This document shows, piece after piece, positions 9,270 to 20,761 of a stretch of 64,000 nucleotides of DNA. The notes below the pieces were generated by a model. The model had not been told where the DNA came from, searched no databases, and saw only the letters and a list, made by a program, of their open reading frames with translations. Numbering within the stretch: position 1 is the stretch's first letter; every line of letters starts with the position of its first letter. Position numbers and translations under genes: made by a program. The stretch lies in contig CAWBXS010000001.1 in the NCBI GenBank assembly GCA_963792825.1, positions 130,913-194,912 of the forward strand. The letters run 5' to 3'. The DNA comes from an uncultured delta proteobacterium (GTDB taxonomy: Bacteria; Myxococcota_A; Polyangia; Polyangiales; Houyiibacteriaceae).

Positions 9270-10186
9270 TGGATGATTTGGTCTTCGACGGTACCCTCGG
9301 TGCCGAGGCCGAGGTCCACTTTTCGCGGAAAGCCGACGTGGCCTCCACGATTGGTGACGATCCGGCGAAGCGTCTGCGCATCCTGCAGCCAAGGGCGCAC
9401 CGTGTCGATCAGCACCATCGGGTCCCGTTCGGTCGCGACGAAGAGGGTCGGCGTCCCGATGTGGTCGAGCACGTTGCACGCACTGGTCCGGGCCCAGTAA
9501 TCCTCGGCCCCCGCAAACCCGTGGCGGGGCGCGATAATCCGTTCGTCCCACTCTTCGATCGTGCCGATGCGCAGCGCTCGACCGAGGGGCAGCGGCACCT
9601 CGTGCCGCGCGGCGACGCGACGATAGATGTCCTTCAGCGCGCTGAGGACGTGGCGTCGATAGAAGACACCTCGGGGTCGATCGATCGCGCGCGCGCTCTC
9701 CTTCAGATCGATCGGCGCGCAGACTGTGGCGGCGGCGTGAACGCGCTCGTCAGGCTCCCCGGCGAGGTAGCGCAGCACCATGTTGCCGCCGAGCGAGTAG
9801 CCGAGCAGCAAGACCTTCCGGTAGCCCTTCACGGCGGTGCTCCGCAGAGCGGCCTCGAGATCCTCCGTGAGGCCCGCGTGATAGTAGTCAGAGCCGCTCC
9901 GGTCGGCGCCGCGGAGGTTGATCCGCAGGCTGTCGATCCCGGCGCGCGCAGCGGCGAGCGCGGCCCGACCCGCGTAGTAACTGCTCGCGCTTCCGCCGAG
10001 CCCATGCACGATCACGACGATGGTCTCAGAAGCCCCTCCTCGAGAAAGGCGCCCGGTCAAGTCGAGAGTCCCGACGACTCGATCATCGAGGCTCGTGCTC
10101 CACTCGCGCCACTCCGGGAGCCGTTGCGGCAGGAGGTTATGACGAAGAAAGGGGCCGAGGGTCCAGAGGTGACCCTTCCAGGTCAT
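9248..10186 (-). CDS. Alpha/beta hydrolase (YheT-like)
   Basis: VVIVHGLGGSASSYY, and a nucleophile elbow GYSLGGN. A 4-nt overlap with the upstream gene (10183/10186) suggests an operon. Confidence 0.8.
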   Translation of the reverse strand: MTWKGHLWTLGPFLRHNLLPQRLPEWREWSTSLDDRVVGTLDLTGRLSRGGASETIVVIVHGLGGSASSYYAGRAALAAARAGIDSLRINLRGADRSGSDYYHAGLTEDLEAALRSTAVKGYRKVLLLGYSLGGNMVLRYLAGEPDERVHAAATVCAPIDLKESARAIDRPRGVFYRRHVLSALKDIYRRVAARHEVPLPLGRALRIGTIEEWDERIIAPRHGFAGAEDYWARTSACNVLDHIGTPTLFVATERDPMVLIDTVRPWLQDAQTLRRIVTNRGGHVGFPRKVDLGLGTEGTVEDQIIQWMLATT

Positions 10187-11145
10187 GAGTCATTGGGTTT
10201 GAGCGTGCTGAGTGCGACGGCATCTTCAGCGCGCTGGTGCCACGCGTAGAAGGGCGGGCGATCCTTGCACATCGGCCGATCGTCATCGGCGCAGTAGATT
10301 CGGACGTGAAAATGGCTCCGGTGTGGGGCGCCGTGTCGGGGCTGCGTGATCACACGCTTGGCACGCATGAGCACTTCGGGGTTCGCACCTTCCTTCACGG
10401 CCTGCCGAAGCAGAAGCCGCTTCACCGTGTTCGACACGAAGATGTGCTGCACATCGGTCGTCGGCTGGCTCAGCAATGATTCGATTAGTGCCCAGTTGCG
10501 CGCAGCGTCGAACTTGTAGAGGCTGCCCCACTGAATCCCCATGCCCTTGTTGTTCAACCGGACGAAGAGGTGCTCGTTGACCGGCGTCGAGCGCCGATCG
10601 AGCAGGTAGAAGCCGATGTCGACGTCGCGGCCGCTCTGATGTGAGACATGTGGGCGGAATCGGCCGCCCCCCGGCCGGGAAATGTCACCGACCGTGAGCT
10701 GTGCACGCGGATAACGAAACGCGACGTCCTGCGCTGCGCTTTCGATGAGCCGGACGAGCTCACCGGTGCCGTGACGCGCGTTTTCCGACCCTACCTTCAC
10801 GCGATAGTCTTTGCCGTCGTTGATCCGGATGCCGAATCGGAGCAGGCCCCTGTTTGGGTAGCCTACCGAGACACTTGGGTTGGGTTCAAGGTCCGAGGGT
10901 GAGACGCTTCGGGGCATTCGCGCGATCTTTTCGAGCTCGTCGTCCGAAGGCTCCGCATGCTTCTCCGCGTGTTGCGCCTCTCGCAAGACGAGGTCACCCG
11001 TCATGGGAAGCTCGGCGGACGCAGAGCTCCCAAACGATCCCGACAGCCACACCAGGCACGTCGCGGTCGCGGCACAGACCCAGGGCACTAGCCCAGATCG
11101 TTTTCCCCTTTGTGAATCCCCCTGCCCCATTTTTCTGAGCCGCAA
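10183..11145 (-). CDS. Penicillin-insensitive murein endopeptidase-like (peptidase M74, MepA-like), secreted
   Basis: Signal-like N-terminus. Motifs HVSHQSGRDVDIGFY and HRSHFHVRIYC match the metal-binding His/Asp motifs of the MepA family. A paralog lies at 21944..22978. Confidence 0.7.
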   Translation of the reverse strand: MRLRKMGQGDSQRGKRSGLVPWVCAATATCLVWLSGSFGSSASAELPMTGDLVLREAQHAEKHAEPSDDELEKIARMPRSVSPSDLEPNPSVSVGYPNRGLLRFGIRINDGKDYRVKVGSENARHGTGELVRLIESAAQDVAFRYPRAQLTVGDISRPGGGRFRPHVSHQSGRDVDIGFYLLDRRSTPVNEHLFVRLNNKGMGIQWGSLYKFDAARNWALIESLLSQPTTDVQHIFVSNTVKRLLLRQAVKEGANPEVLMRAKRVITQPRHGAPHRSHFHVRIYCADDDRPMCKDRPPFYAWHQRAEDAVALSTLKPNDS

Positions 11146-11279
11146 GTGTGGCCCGAATCCCCTTCAGTGCCAGTCTGCCGGTTCGAAAACCGGAACGCCA
11201 GGGCTGAGAGCGCGTTCAGCCCCTGTTTCTCAGCACTTTCTCTAACCCCAGGGGCCGGTTTTGCGAAGAAAACGACAAT

Positions 11280-11828
11280 TCAACCGATCGCGGGCTGCTC
11301 TCTAGCGACGTTTTCGGCAGGTAGGTCGCTCGGCGGCGGGATTCTTACACCGGCGAGATACCGCAGAAAGAGCCACCAGACGACCCCAAGGCCCCAGACC
11401 AGGCCGAGCACGACACCTCCATCGACGATTCCGCGCCAGGGCTGGGCCAGCGACCGGACCCACCAGATCAAAGTGATGATCGCAGCGATGAAGACCCAGC
11501 TCACCGTCATCTGGCGCCGGGTCGAGTGGAAGAGGCTCATGCAGAAGGGGAGCGCCAGGATGACCCAAAGCGGACGGGGGTTCTGGCCGAGGTACACCGC
11601 GCGCGACACCACACGGGGCGAGAACTTGAGCTGAAAGCCACGGTAGCCCTCGAGGTAGGCGTTTGCCAGAAGCCACGCGATGTAGATCCCCTTTTGGCCG
11701 GTGGTCATCTGGTCGTGGGTCCACGGCTCGAGGGCAAGCGGTGTGAGCCGCCAGATCGCTCGACCGAGCAGGAGTGTCACCCAGGCAATCCCCCAGGCGG
11801 TCACGAGCTTCTGGACCCACGGGCGCAC
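11280..11828 (-). CDS. Hypothetical polytopic membrane protein
   Basis: 182 aa with about 5 hydrophobic segments rich in Trp (WGIAWVTLLL, IYIAWLLANAYL, VFIAAIITLIWWV, LGLVWGLGVVWWLFL). No family recognised. Confidence 0.6.
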   Translation of the reverse strand: MRPWVQKLVTAWGIAWVTLLLGRAIWRLTPLALEPWTHDQMTTGQKGIYIAWLLANAYLEGYRGFQLKFSPRVVSRAVYLGQNPRPLWVILALPFCMSLFHSTRRQMTVSWVFIAAIITLIWWVRSLAQPWRGIVDGGVVLGLVWGLGVVWWLFLRYLAGVRIPPPSDLPAENVAREQPAIG

Positions 11829-11893
11829 GGTTGCTCGCGACGGTAGCAGTCCCGCCCGAGATGTCGACTTGCCCGGGGGGCGCTTCAGCCGCC

Positions 11894-14431
11894 ATGCTCA
11901 ACGGAGATTTCGGAGGCAATTTGGAAGACGAAGAGTACGAGATCGGCGATCGGGACGAGGAGGGCGGAAAGCCGAAGCGTCCCGGCCTTCCCGTCGAGCC
12001 GCGTCGCGTGATCTCGATCCTCGTGCAGAATCGGAGGCCACTGCTCAGGGCGTTCCTGATCGCTTCGATCATGGCGGCGGTTGCTTCCTTCTTCGTACCT
12101 AGAACGTTCGAATCCTCGGCACAGCTCTTGTTCGAGGGGACCCCGGTGTTGGACCAGGCGGGCGGTCAGTCTGCGCTGGGGGCGTTCGCGCAATCCGCGA
12201 TCATGCCGGGGCGGCTTCGCGAAATCCGTCAACGCCTCGGCTGGAACGTATCGCTCGACGAGGTCGAAAGTCAGATCGAGGTGGCGCTGGCCGGTGAAGA
12301 CGCGATGCGCATCACCGCCCACGCGAGAACCCCGGAGGAGGCCCAGGCGCTCGCGAAAGCGGTGCTCGATGTGTTTCTCGCTCGGCAAGCGAGCTTCAAC
12401 GCGGAACGGTTGGCCTTGCTCACCACCGAGAATCAAGCTGCGCTCGAGCGTGCTAGGGAAAGGCGCGAAGAGGCCAACCAGGCGTACGAAGCGTTCCGCG
12501 AAAAGAGCGGCCGGCCGGATCTGCTTCAGGAGCGTGAGCAGTTGATCGCGCGCGCAGCAGAGCTCCGTTCCAAGGTGGACGAGGCCGTGGTAGAGGTCGC
12601 ATCTCAGCAGGCGCGGATCTCGGAGCTGAAAGACGCGGTGCGCGAGCTCCCCCAGCAGGTCGTGGCCAGCGCGACGAAGGGCTCACCCGTCGACAGTCCG
12701 CTCGCTCAGGCGCGCGCGGACCTTGCCGCAGCGCGTGCTTCGCTGAGCGATCAACATCCCAGGGTGCAAGCTCTCAAGGAACGGGTCGCGAGCCTGCAAG
12801 CGCAGAGAAAAGGTGAGAAGAGCGAGCTCGCCGACCGGACCCTCACCGCCAATCCTGCGCGCGGCGCCGCGGACCAAGCGCTCGTGACCGCGAGGGCTGC
12901 ACACGCCGCCGCGATGGAGCGAGAGTCCGCCCTTCGCGTTCTGTTGAAGGCCACCGAGAATGAAGCCGCGTCGCTTGCCTCGGAGCAGGGCGAGGCCCGC
13001 CAAATCATCGGGGAGCTCGAAATGGCCACCGCCCGGGTCGAAGAGTTGACCAAGCGGGCTGCCACCTTCGCGGACGCTGCGGTGGGGCCGATGACCGGCT
13101 TTCGCGTGTTGTCCGTTCCGATGCTGCCCGAAGGGCCGCAGCGCTCGAAAATGCACGTCGTCCTGCTCATGGCGTTTCCGGTCGTGGCGGTGCTGATCTT
13201 CGCGTTGGTGATCCTCGTGCGCCGACTCAAGGAGTTGACGGTCGAAGCGCCGCGAGAAGTCGCGTGGTGGGGAAACGGCCCCGTACTCGGAACGAGCGTG
13301 TGGCCCCGTGATCCAGCCGCGCTCGAGCCCTTCGTCGACGAGCTAGAGGACTACGGCGCCAACGGTGCGGGACGCACCCTCGTCGTTCCGGCATCCGAAG
13401 CCGAGCGCGACATCGCTTGCGCGTTTGCGATGCGCCTCTCCGAGGCGCCCTGGCTTGCCGCAGCGATTCTGGATGTCGGAGCACGCGCGGGCGACTACGA
13501 CATCTCACCGCTGGTGACTCCCCCTCCCAGTTCGAACGCGCCAGACGCATCCGTACGGCCGAGGCGCCTCTCTTCGCAAGGCATCCCGTCGGTCGCGGCC
13601 GGTCGGGTCATCGTCACCCCCGAGTCGAAGCCGCCGTCGCACCCCACGATTCAAGGGCTCGTTCCGCCGGTGGCGGACGACACCCCCTCCTCCCGGCCGC
13701 CGCGCAAGAGCACCGTGATCGGGATGCCAGCGGTTCAGTCCTCCTTCGCGACGGAGATCTTCACCGAGCCTCCGGCCCCTCCGTCACAGGCGTCCTTGCC
13801 CGAGACGACGAAGCCCACCGAAGAGCCCGAAGCCTTTCGGCGCAGGCCTGGTGCGCGGGCGACGGTTCGGATGATCGTGCCGGTAGCCCACGGCGAGCTT
13901 GCTGCTGATGCTGCGGGCGAGCGAGGCGCGCGTGTCGAAGAAGAAGCATTTCTGCTCACCCGCCCGGTTCCGGTGGCGACCGATCGCACGCCCACCGGGT
14001 TCGATCGGACCGCTCACGCTGGCGTCGAACCTTCAGCCACCAACGCCTCGGGTGCCGTGATGCGGGCCGCGATCAGGCTGCTTGGGAACGACGAGGACGA
14101 CGTCACGAGTCTCCGGAGATCAACCCCACCGGTCGAGCGCGCTTCCGGAGGGGTCACCGGCGTTGCGTTGGCATGGAACGGTCCGCTGAGTGGTCCCCTC
14201 TTGCGGCGCGCCGCGCGTCTCGCGCATCGGGTCATGGTGGTCGTTTCTTCCGGCATGAGTGTGATCGACCTGGCGCGCGTCCGGACTCGTCTTGGCCGAG
14301 ACGAAGGCGTCGGGTATGTGCTCGTCAACGTCGGGCAAACCTACGTCGACCTTCCCGACCGTGTGGGGCCCGTCGAAGAGTTCTGGCAGGCCGCTGGGGC
14401 TCGAGAGACCGAGGACGCGAGGCTCCCGTAG
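11894..14431 (+). CDS. Polysaccharide co-polymerase (Wzz/GumC-like) protein with long coiled coil and degenerate C-terminal kinase-like region
   Basis: ORF trimmed to ATG 11894. It has a Wzz-type N-terminus (RRVISILVQNRRPLLRAFLIASIMAAVASFFVPRTFESSAQLLFEG) and a long Ala/Glu/Arg/Gln coiled-coil segment. A second TM follows (VVLLMAFPVVAVLIFALVILV), then a Pro/Ser-rich tract, then RVMVVVSSGMSVIDL...VGYVLVN. Confidence 0.7.
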   Translation: MLNGDFGGNLEDEEYEIGDRDEEGGKPKRPGLPVEPRRVISILVQNRRPLLRAFLIASIMAAVASFFVPRTFESSAQLLFEGTPVLDQAGGQSALGAFAQSAIMPGRLREIRQRLGWNVSLDEVESQIEVALAGEDAMRITAHARTPEEAQALAKAVLDVFLARQASFNAERLALLTTENQAALERARERREEANQAYEAFREKSGRPDLLQEREQLIARAAELRSKVDEAVVEVASQQARISELKDAVRELPQQVVASATKGSPVDSPLAQARADLAAARASLSDQHPRVQALKERVASLQAQRKGEKSELADRTLTANPARGAADQALVTARAAHAAAMERESALRVLLKATENEAASLASEQGEARQIIGELEMATARVEELTKRAATFADAAVGPMTGFRVLSVPMLPEGPQRSKMHVVLLMAFPVVAVLIFALVILVRRLKELTVEAPREVAWWGNGPVLGTSVWPRDPAALEPFVDELEDYGANGAGRTLVVPASEAERDIACAFAMRLSEAPWLAAAILDVGARAGDYDISPLVTPPPSSNAPDASVRPRRLSSQGIPSVAAGRVIVTPESKPPSHPTIQGLVPPVADDTPSSRPPRKSTVIGMPAVQSSFATEIFTEPPAPPSQASLPETTKPTEEPEAFRRRPGARATVRMIVPVAHGELAADAAGERGARVEEEAFLLTRPVPVATDRTPTGFDRTAHAGVEPSATNASGAVMRAAIRLLGNDEDDVTSLRRSTPPVERASGGVTGVALAWNGPLSGPLLRRAARLAHRVMVVVSSGMSVIDLARVRTRLGRDEGVGYVLVNVGQTYVDLPDRVGPVEEFWQAAGARETEDARLP

Positions 14432-14476
14432 GGGGGCGTTGCGGCTGCAATCTCCGTAGTCTATTTAGCTTTCGCA

Positions 14477-16521
14477 GTGTCCGACACCGACGAGCGAATG
14501 AACGCGTTTCCTCCCGTGAGCAAGTCCGAGTGGATCGCGAAGGTGGAGACGGACCTTCGTGGAGCCGCGTTTTCCACCTTGCGGAGCACGATTCCGGGCG
14601 GCCTCGTCCTGGACCCGCTCTACACAGCCGAAGACGTCGACGGCATGAGCGCACCGGGTATGCCGGGCGTCTATCCGTTTGTCCGCGGCGCGCCGGCCTT
14701 GGGCGGTTGGGTGATTCGGCAGGAGTATGATGATCCTCGCCCCGCCGTCTGCAAAGAGATGATCCGCCAGGATCTCGAGCGTGGTGTTCAGGCGCTGTGG
14801 CTCCGCGTCGGACCGCGGCACGGATGCCGCGTGCTGACCATCGGCGAGCTCGATGAGTTGCTCAGACCGGTCGACCTGGCGACGATTTCGATCTGCGTGG
14901 ATGGGGGCTCAGACGGCCTTGCGGTGGCGTCAGGGTTGCTCGCCGTGGCGGAGCGTCGCGGCGTTCGCCACACGGCGTTGCGCGGTGGGCTGGGCGTCGA
15001 CCCCTTGGGGCTGCTTGCTCGCCAAGGGTGCATCCCGGGCGGGCTCCGCGCGCGCTTCGCCGAGCTGAGGGACCTCGGCTTCTGGTGTTCAACCCATGCG
15101 CCCGGGCTGCGTGCTGCGAGCGTGTCGAGCGACCCTTATGAAGGCGGAGGCGCCAGCACGGTGCAAGAGCTCGCGTACACGGTCGCTACCGGGCTCGAAT
15201 ACCTTCGCCAGCTCACGGAGGGCGATCTCGGCGTCGATGCTGCGGCCGGTCAGATCGGTTTCGACTATGCGGTGTCGGGCGACTTCTTCACTCAGGTGGC
15301 CAAGCTCAGGGCTGCTCGGTGGCTCTGGGCCAAGGTGGTGGTCGCGGCCGGCGGCGAGCCTCAGGCTGCCGCCATGCAAATCCATTGCCGGACGTCCCGC
15401 TTCACCAAGACCCGTCGGGACCCTTGGGTCAACATGCTGCGCGTCACGGCCGAGGCTGCAGCTGCAATCCTCGGAGGCGCCCAGAGCATCGCGACGCTCC
15501 CGTTTGATTGCATGGTCGGTCCTCCCGACGAGCTCGCGCAACGAATCGCTCGCAACACGCAGATCGTGCTTCGCGCGGAGTCTCATCTCGGTGAGGTCGC
15601 CGACCCCGCGGGCGGCAGCTGGTACATCGAGCGGCTCACGAATGATCTTGCGCGCGCCGCCTGGGAGGAGTTGCGGTCGATCGAAAGGGCGGGCGGAATC
15701 GTTGCGGCCCTGGGCTCGGGAAAGCTCCTCGATGCCATCAGCGCGGTCGCCGACGCAAGGGAGACACAGTTGGCGACGCGGAAAAAGCCCATCGTCGGGG
15801 TGAGCGAGTTCCCCAACCTTCACGAGCGAGCATTGGAGCGTGAACCGATCCCAGCCGAGGAAGTCAAACGCCTGCTCAAAGCGTCCCTCGATACGCTCGA
15901 CCTCGTCGAACATCGAGATCGCCTGCTCTCGCTCGCGCACACCGTGAACGACGTCGAGCGCGCACCGGGGGCGCTCACAGAGGCCTGCCTCGCCGCAACG
16001 AGGAAGGGGACCGACTTGTACAGCGTCGCGACGGTGCTCCAGCATGGCCAGCCCGACTTCCACGTGGAGCCAGTGCCTCAATGGCGAGAAGCCGAGCGTT
16101 GGGAGCAGCTACGCGCACGTAGCGACGCGCAGCCCGCCCGGCCCGTTGCGTTCCTCGCGAATCTAGGGGCGGTTCCGGCGCACAAGGCGCGTTCGACGTG
16201 GGCTCAGAATCTCCTGGCCGCCGCGGGCATCGATTCCGTCGGCAACGATGGGTTCGAAGACACGGACGCGTTGATCGCGGCCTGGGACGATTCCTCTGCA
16301 TCGCTTGCCATGATCTGCGGCAGCGACGAGGACTACGAGGTTTCGTTGGAGCCGGTGGTCGTCGCGTTGAAGAAGGCAGGGTGCCCGGTCGTGTTGGTGG
16401 CGGGCCGTCCGGCCGGACCCGAGGCCATCGTTCGCGAGGCGGGCGTCAGTGACTTCGTATTCATCGGGGCGGATGTGCTCCGGGTGATGAGCCGTGTGCT
16501 GGATTCCCTCGAGGTACCAGG

Positions 16522-16525
<4 letters not shown>
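14477..16525 (+). CDS. mutA: Methylmalonyl-CoA mutase small (beta) subunit
   Basis: 682 aa with mutase-like motifs ([50 protein letters not shown]). It lacks the DxHxxG B12 ligand motif. Its stop overlaps the mutB start (ATGA at 16522-16525). Confidence 0.85.
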
Positions 16526-18695
<2,170 letters not shown>

Positions 18696-18699
<4 letters not shown>

Positions 18700-19694
18700 A
18701 ACGCCTCGATGCGCAGGCGTACGTAGAGGGAGTCCGCGGCGGAGATCGCGCGATCCTCGCCAGAGCCATCACGCTCATCGAAAGCGAGAATACTGCGCAC
18801 GCGAAGCTCGCACAGGAAGTGCTCGAGGCGCTGCTGCCGTACACCGGTGGGGCGTACCGCGTCGGGATCAGCGGTGTGCCGGGCGCGGGCAAGAGTACGT
18901 TCATCGACGCGCTCGGCACGATGCTCACCGGCCAGGGGCATCGGGTTGCGGTACTCGCCGTCGATCCGACCAGCAGCATCAGTGGCGGCAGCATTCTCGG
19001 GGACAAGACTCGAATGGCGGTGCTCAGCAACGATCCGAACGCCTTCATTCGCCCTTCTCCAACGAGCGGGACACTCGGCGGAGTGGCCCGAAAGACCCGC
19101 GAGTCGATCCTCTTGTGCGAAGCGGCGGCCTTCGATGTCGTGCTGGTCGAGACCGTGGGGGTGGGTCAGTCGGAGACCATCGTCTCCCGCATGGTGGACT
19201 ACTTCCTCGTGCTGCTGATCGCGGGCGCCGGCGACGAGCTTCAGGGGATCAAGCGCGGAATCCTCGAAGTCGCCGACATGTTGGCGATCAACAAAGCCGA
19301 CGGCGATAATCTAGCGCGCGCGAGACGCGCACAGTCGTCCTATCAGAGTGCACTACGCCTGATGCGCGCTGGGAGCGCCCCCCCCGTCGTCACGTGCAGC
19401 GCGCTCGAGAAGACGGGCTTGAAGGAGCTCTGGCAGCAGATCGTCGACGCTCGGCGCGACCTCGAAGCCTCCGGTGAGTTTCAGCAGCGGCGACGAGCAC
19501 AACAGGTGCAGTGGATGTGGGACATGGTGGAAAACGGGCTTCGTCGAGCACTTCGAAGCGACCCAGAGTTGTCCATCCTAGTCAAGCACTTGGAGGACGC
19601 GGTCAGCAAGGGCCGAACTACGCCGAGCGCAGCGGCGCAACAAGTGTTGCGTGAGTTTGCCGAGCGCGCGGGCGAGGCGCTCACGCGCGGCTGA
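18696..19694 (+). CDS. meaB: Methylmalonyl-CoA mutase-associated GTPase MeaB/ArgK
   Basis: GTG 18696 overlaps the mutB stop (GTGA). P-loop [15 protein letters not shown], then [29 protein letters not shown] and NKAD. The longer ORF from 18426 runs inside mutB. Confidence 0.9.
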
Positions 19695-20742
19695 GCTCGT
19701 CCGCCGAGTCGGGTTTCTTCCGTTTCGACTTCCCGGACGGTTTGGGCGACGGTCCAAGAAGCTCCGCCATCCATCGGAGCTCGTCGCTGTGCGCGATGGC
19801 ATGCTTGATCACCATCGTGAGCGGAGCTGACACGAGAGCGCCAACGGGACCGAGCAACCATCCCCAGACGACCATCGAAACCAACACGACCAAGTCGGAG
19901 AGCCCGAGTGCCTGACCCATCACACGCGGCTCGACGGCCCCTATCGCGAGGTTGATGCCCCCCAATCCTGCGGCGACGACCAGTGCTTGCCCGGGCCCGA
20001 ACTCAATCAACGCCAGCGTGACGGCCGGCACCGCTGCGATGATCTGTCCAACCGTCGGAATGTAGTTCAGCAGGTAGGCGAGCAAGCCCCAAAGGACCGG
20101 AACCTCCACGCCCTGCCACCAGCACCAGAGGAAGACGAGCACGCCCGTCAGAAGGCTCATCACCGTCTTGGCGACCAAGTAGGTGTTGACTTCCCGTGCC
20201 GCCTCGGAGAGCTCTTGAATTTGACCTGGTGTCGCGATCTTGGCGAGCTTCTCCCGAAGACCGGTCGATTCGAACAGCATGAAAGCGACGATCAGCAGGA
20301 CGAGCACCATCTGCGAAACGAAGGAAGCCGCGTATTGAGCCATGGCTGCGGCCAGGTTGAGCATCCAGGTTGGCTCGGTGAGGTCGTACACGGAATGGAT
20401 GCGAATGCCGTAGCCCGCGAGCCAGAGCTCGAGGTCCTGCATTTGGCCGGAGAGCATCGACGCATAGATCGGAACTCGCGCCGTAAACGTCGCCACCGCA
20501 GCGGCGAGCGGAAAACCGAGGGCCGCGCCTGCTGCGACGTCCAACAAGAGCCCCGACAAGACCGCTATGAGTCGAGGCACCCCATGGTCACAGAGCCACA
20601 TGACGAGGGGCGCAGTCACGATCGCGATGAAGGTTGCCACGAGCACCGGTACCAGCAGGGGTGACGCAAGCTTGATCCCAGCTCCGATCACGACGATCGA
20701 GGCCACGGAGAGAACGATGCGTCCGCCCTTGTTCATGGTCAC
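19681..20742 (-). CDS. AI-2E family (UPF0118/PerM-like) transporter
   Basis: 353 aa and polytopic. WGLLAYLLNYIPTVGQIIAAVPAVTLAL and VVWGWLLGPVGALVSAPLT are typical of this family. Confidence 0.8.
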   Translation of the reverse strand: MTMNKGGRIVLSVASIVVIGAGIKLASPLLVPVLVATFIAIVTAPLVMWLCDHGVPRLIAVLSGLLLDVAAGAALGFPLAAAVATFTARVPIYASMLSGQMQDLELWLAGYGIRIHSVYDLTEPTWMLNLAAAMAQYAASFVSQMVLVLLIVAFMLFESTGLREKLAKIATPGQIQELSEAAREVNTYLVAKTVMSLLTGVLVFLWCWWQGVEVPVLWGLLAYLLNYIPTVGQIIAAVPAVTLALIEFGPGQALVVAAGLGGINLAIGAVEPRVMGQALGLSDLVVLVSMVVWGWLLGPVGALVSAPLTMVIKHAIAHSDELRWMAELLGPSPKPSGKSKRKKPDSADELSRA

Positions 20743-20761
20743 CTTCTCACTCTAGCGCGGA

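Noticed and set aside
9270-9551. N-terminal extensions of many track ORFs. Examples are 6249..9551, 23953..25053, 34444..35583, 35342..36436, 50403..53051 and 60096..61373.
   Set aside because: In each case an internal ATG with an RBS yields a clean signal peptide, lipobox or family-typical N-terminus. The extension is Arg-rich, overlaps a neighbouring gene, or both.
14432-14476. I looked for a cobalamin riboswitch upstream of the B12-dependent mutA-mutB-meaB operon.
   Set aside because: Only about 45 nt separate the preceding stop from the mutA start. That is far too short for a B12 riboswitch, and no B12-box-like sequence is seen.
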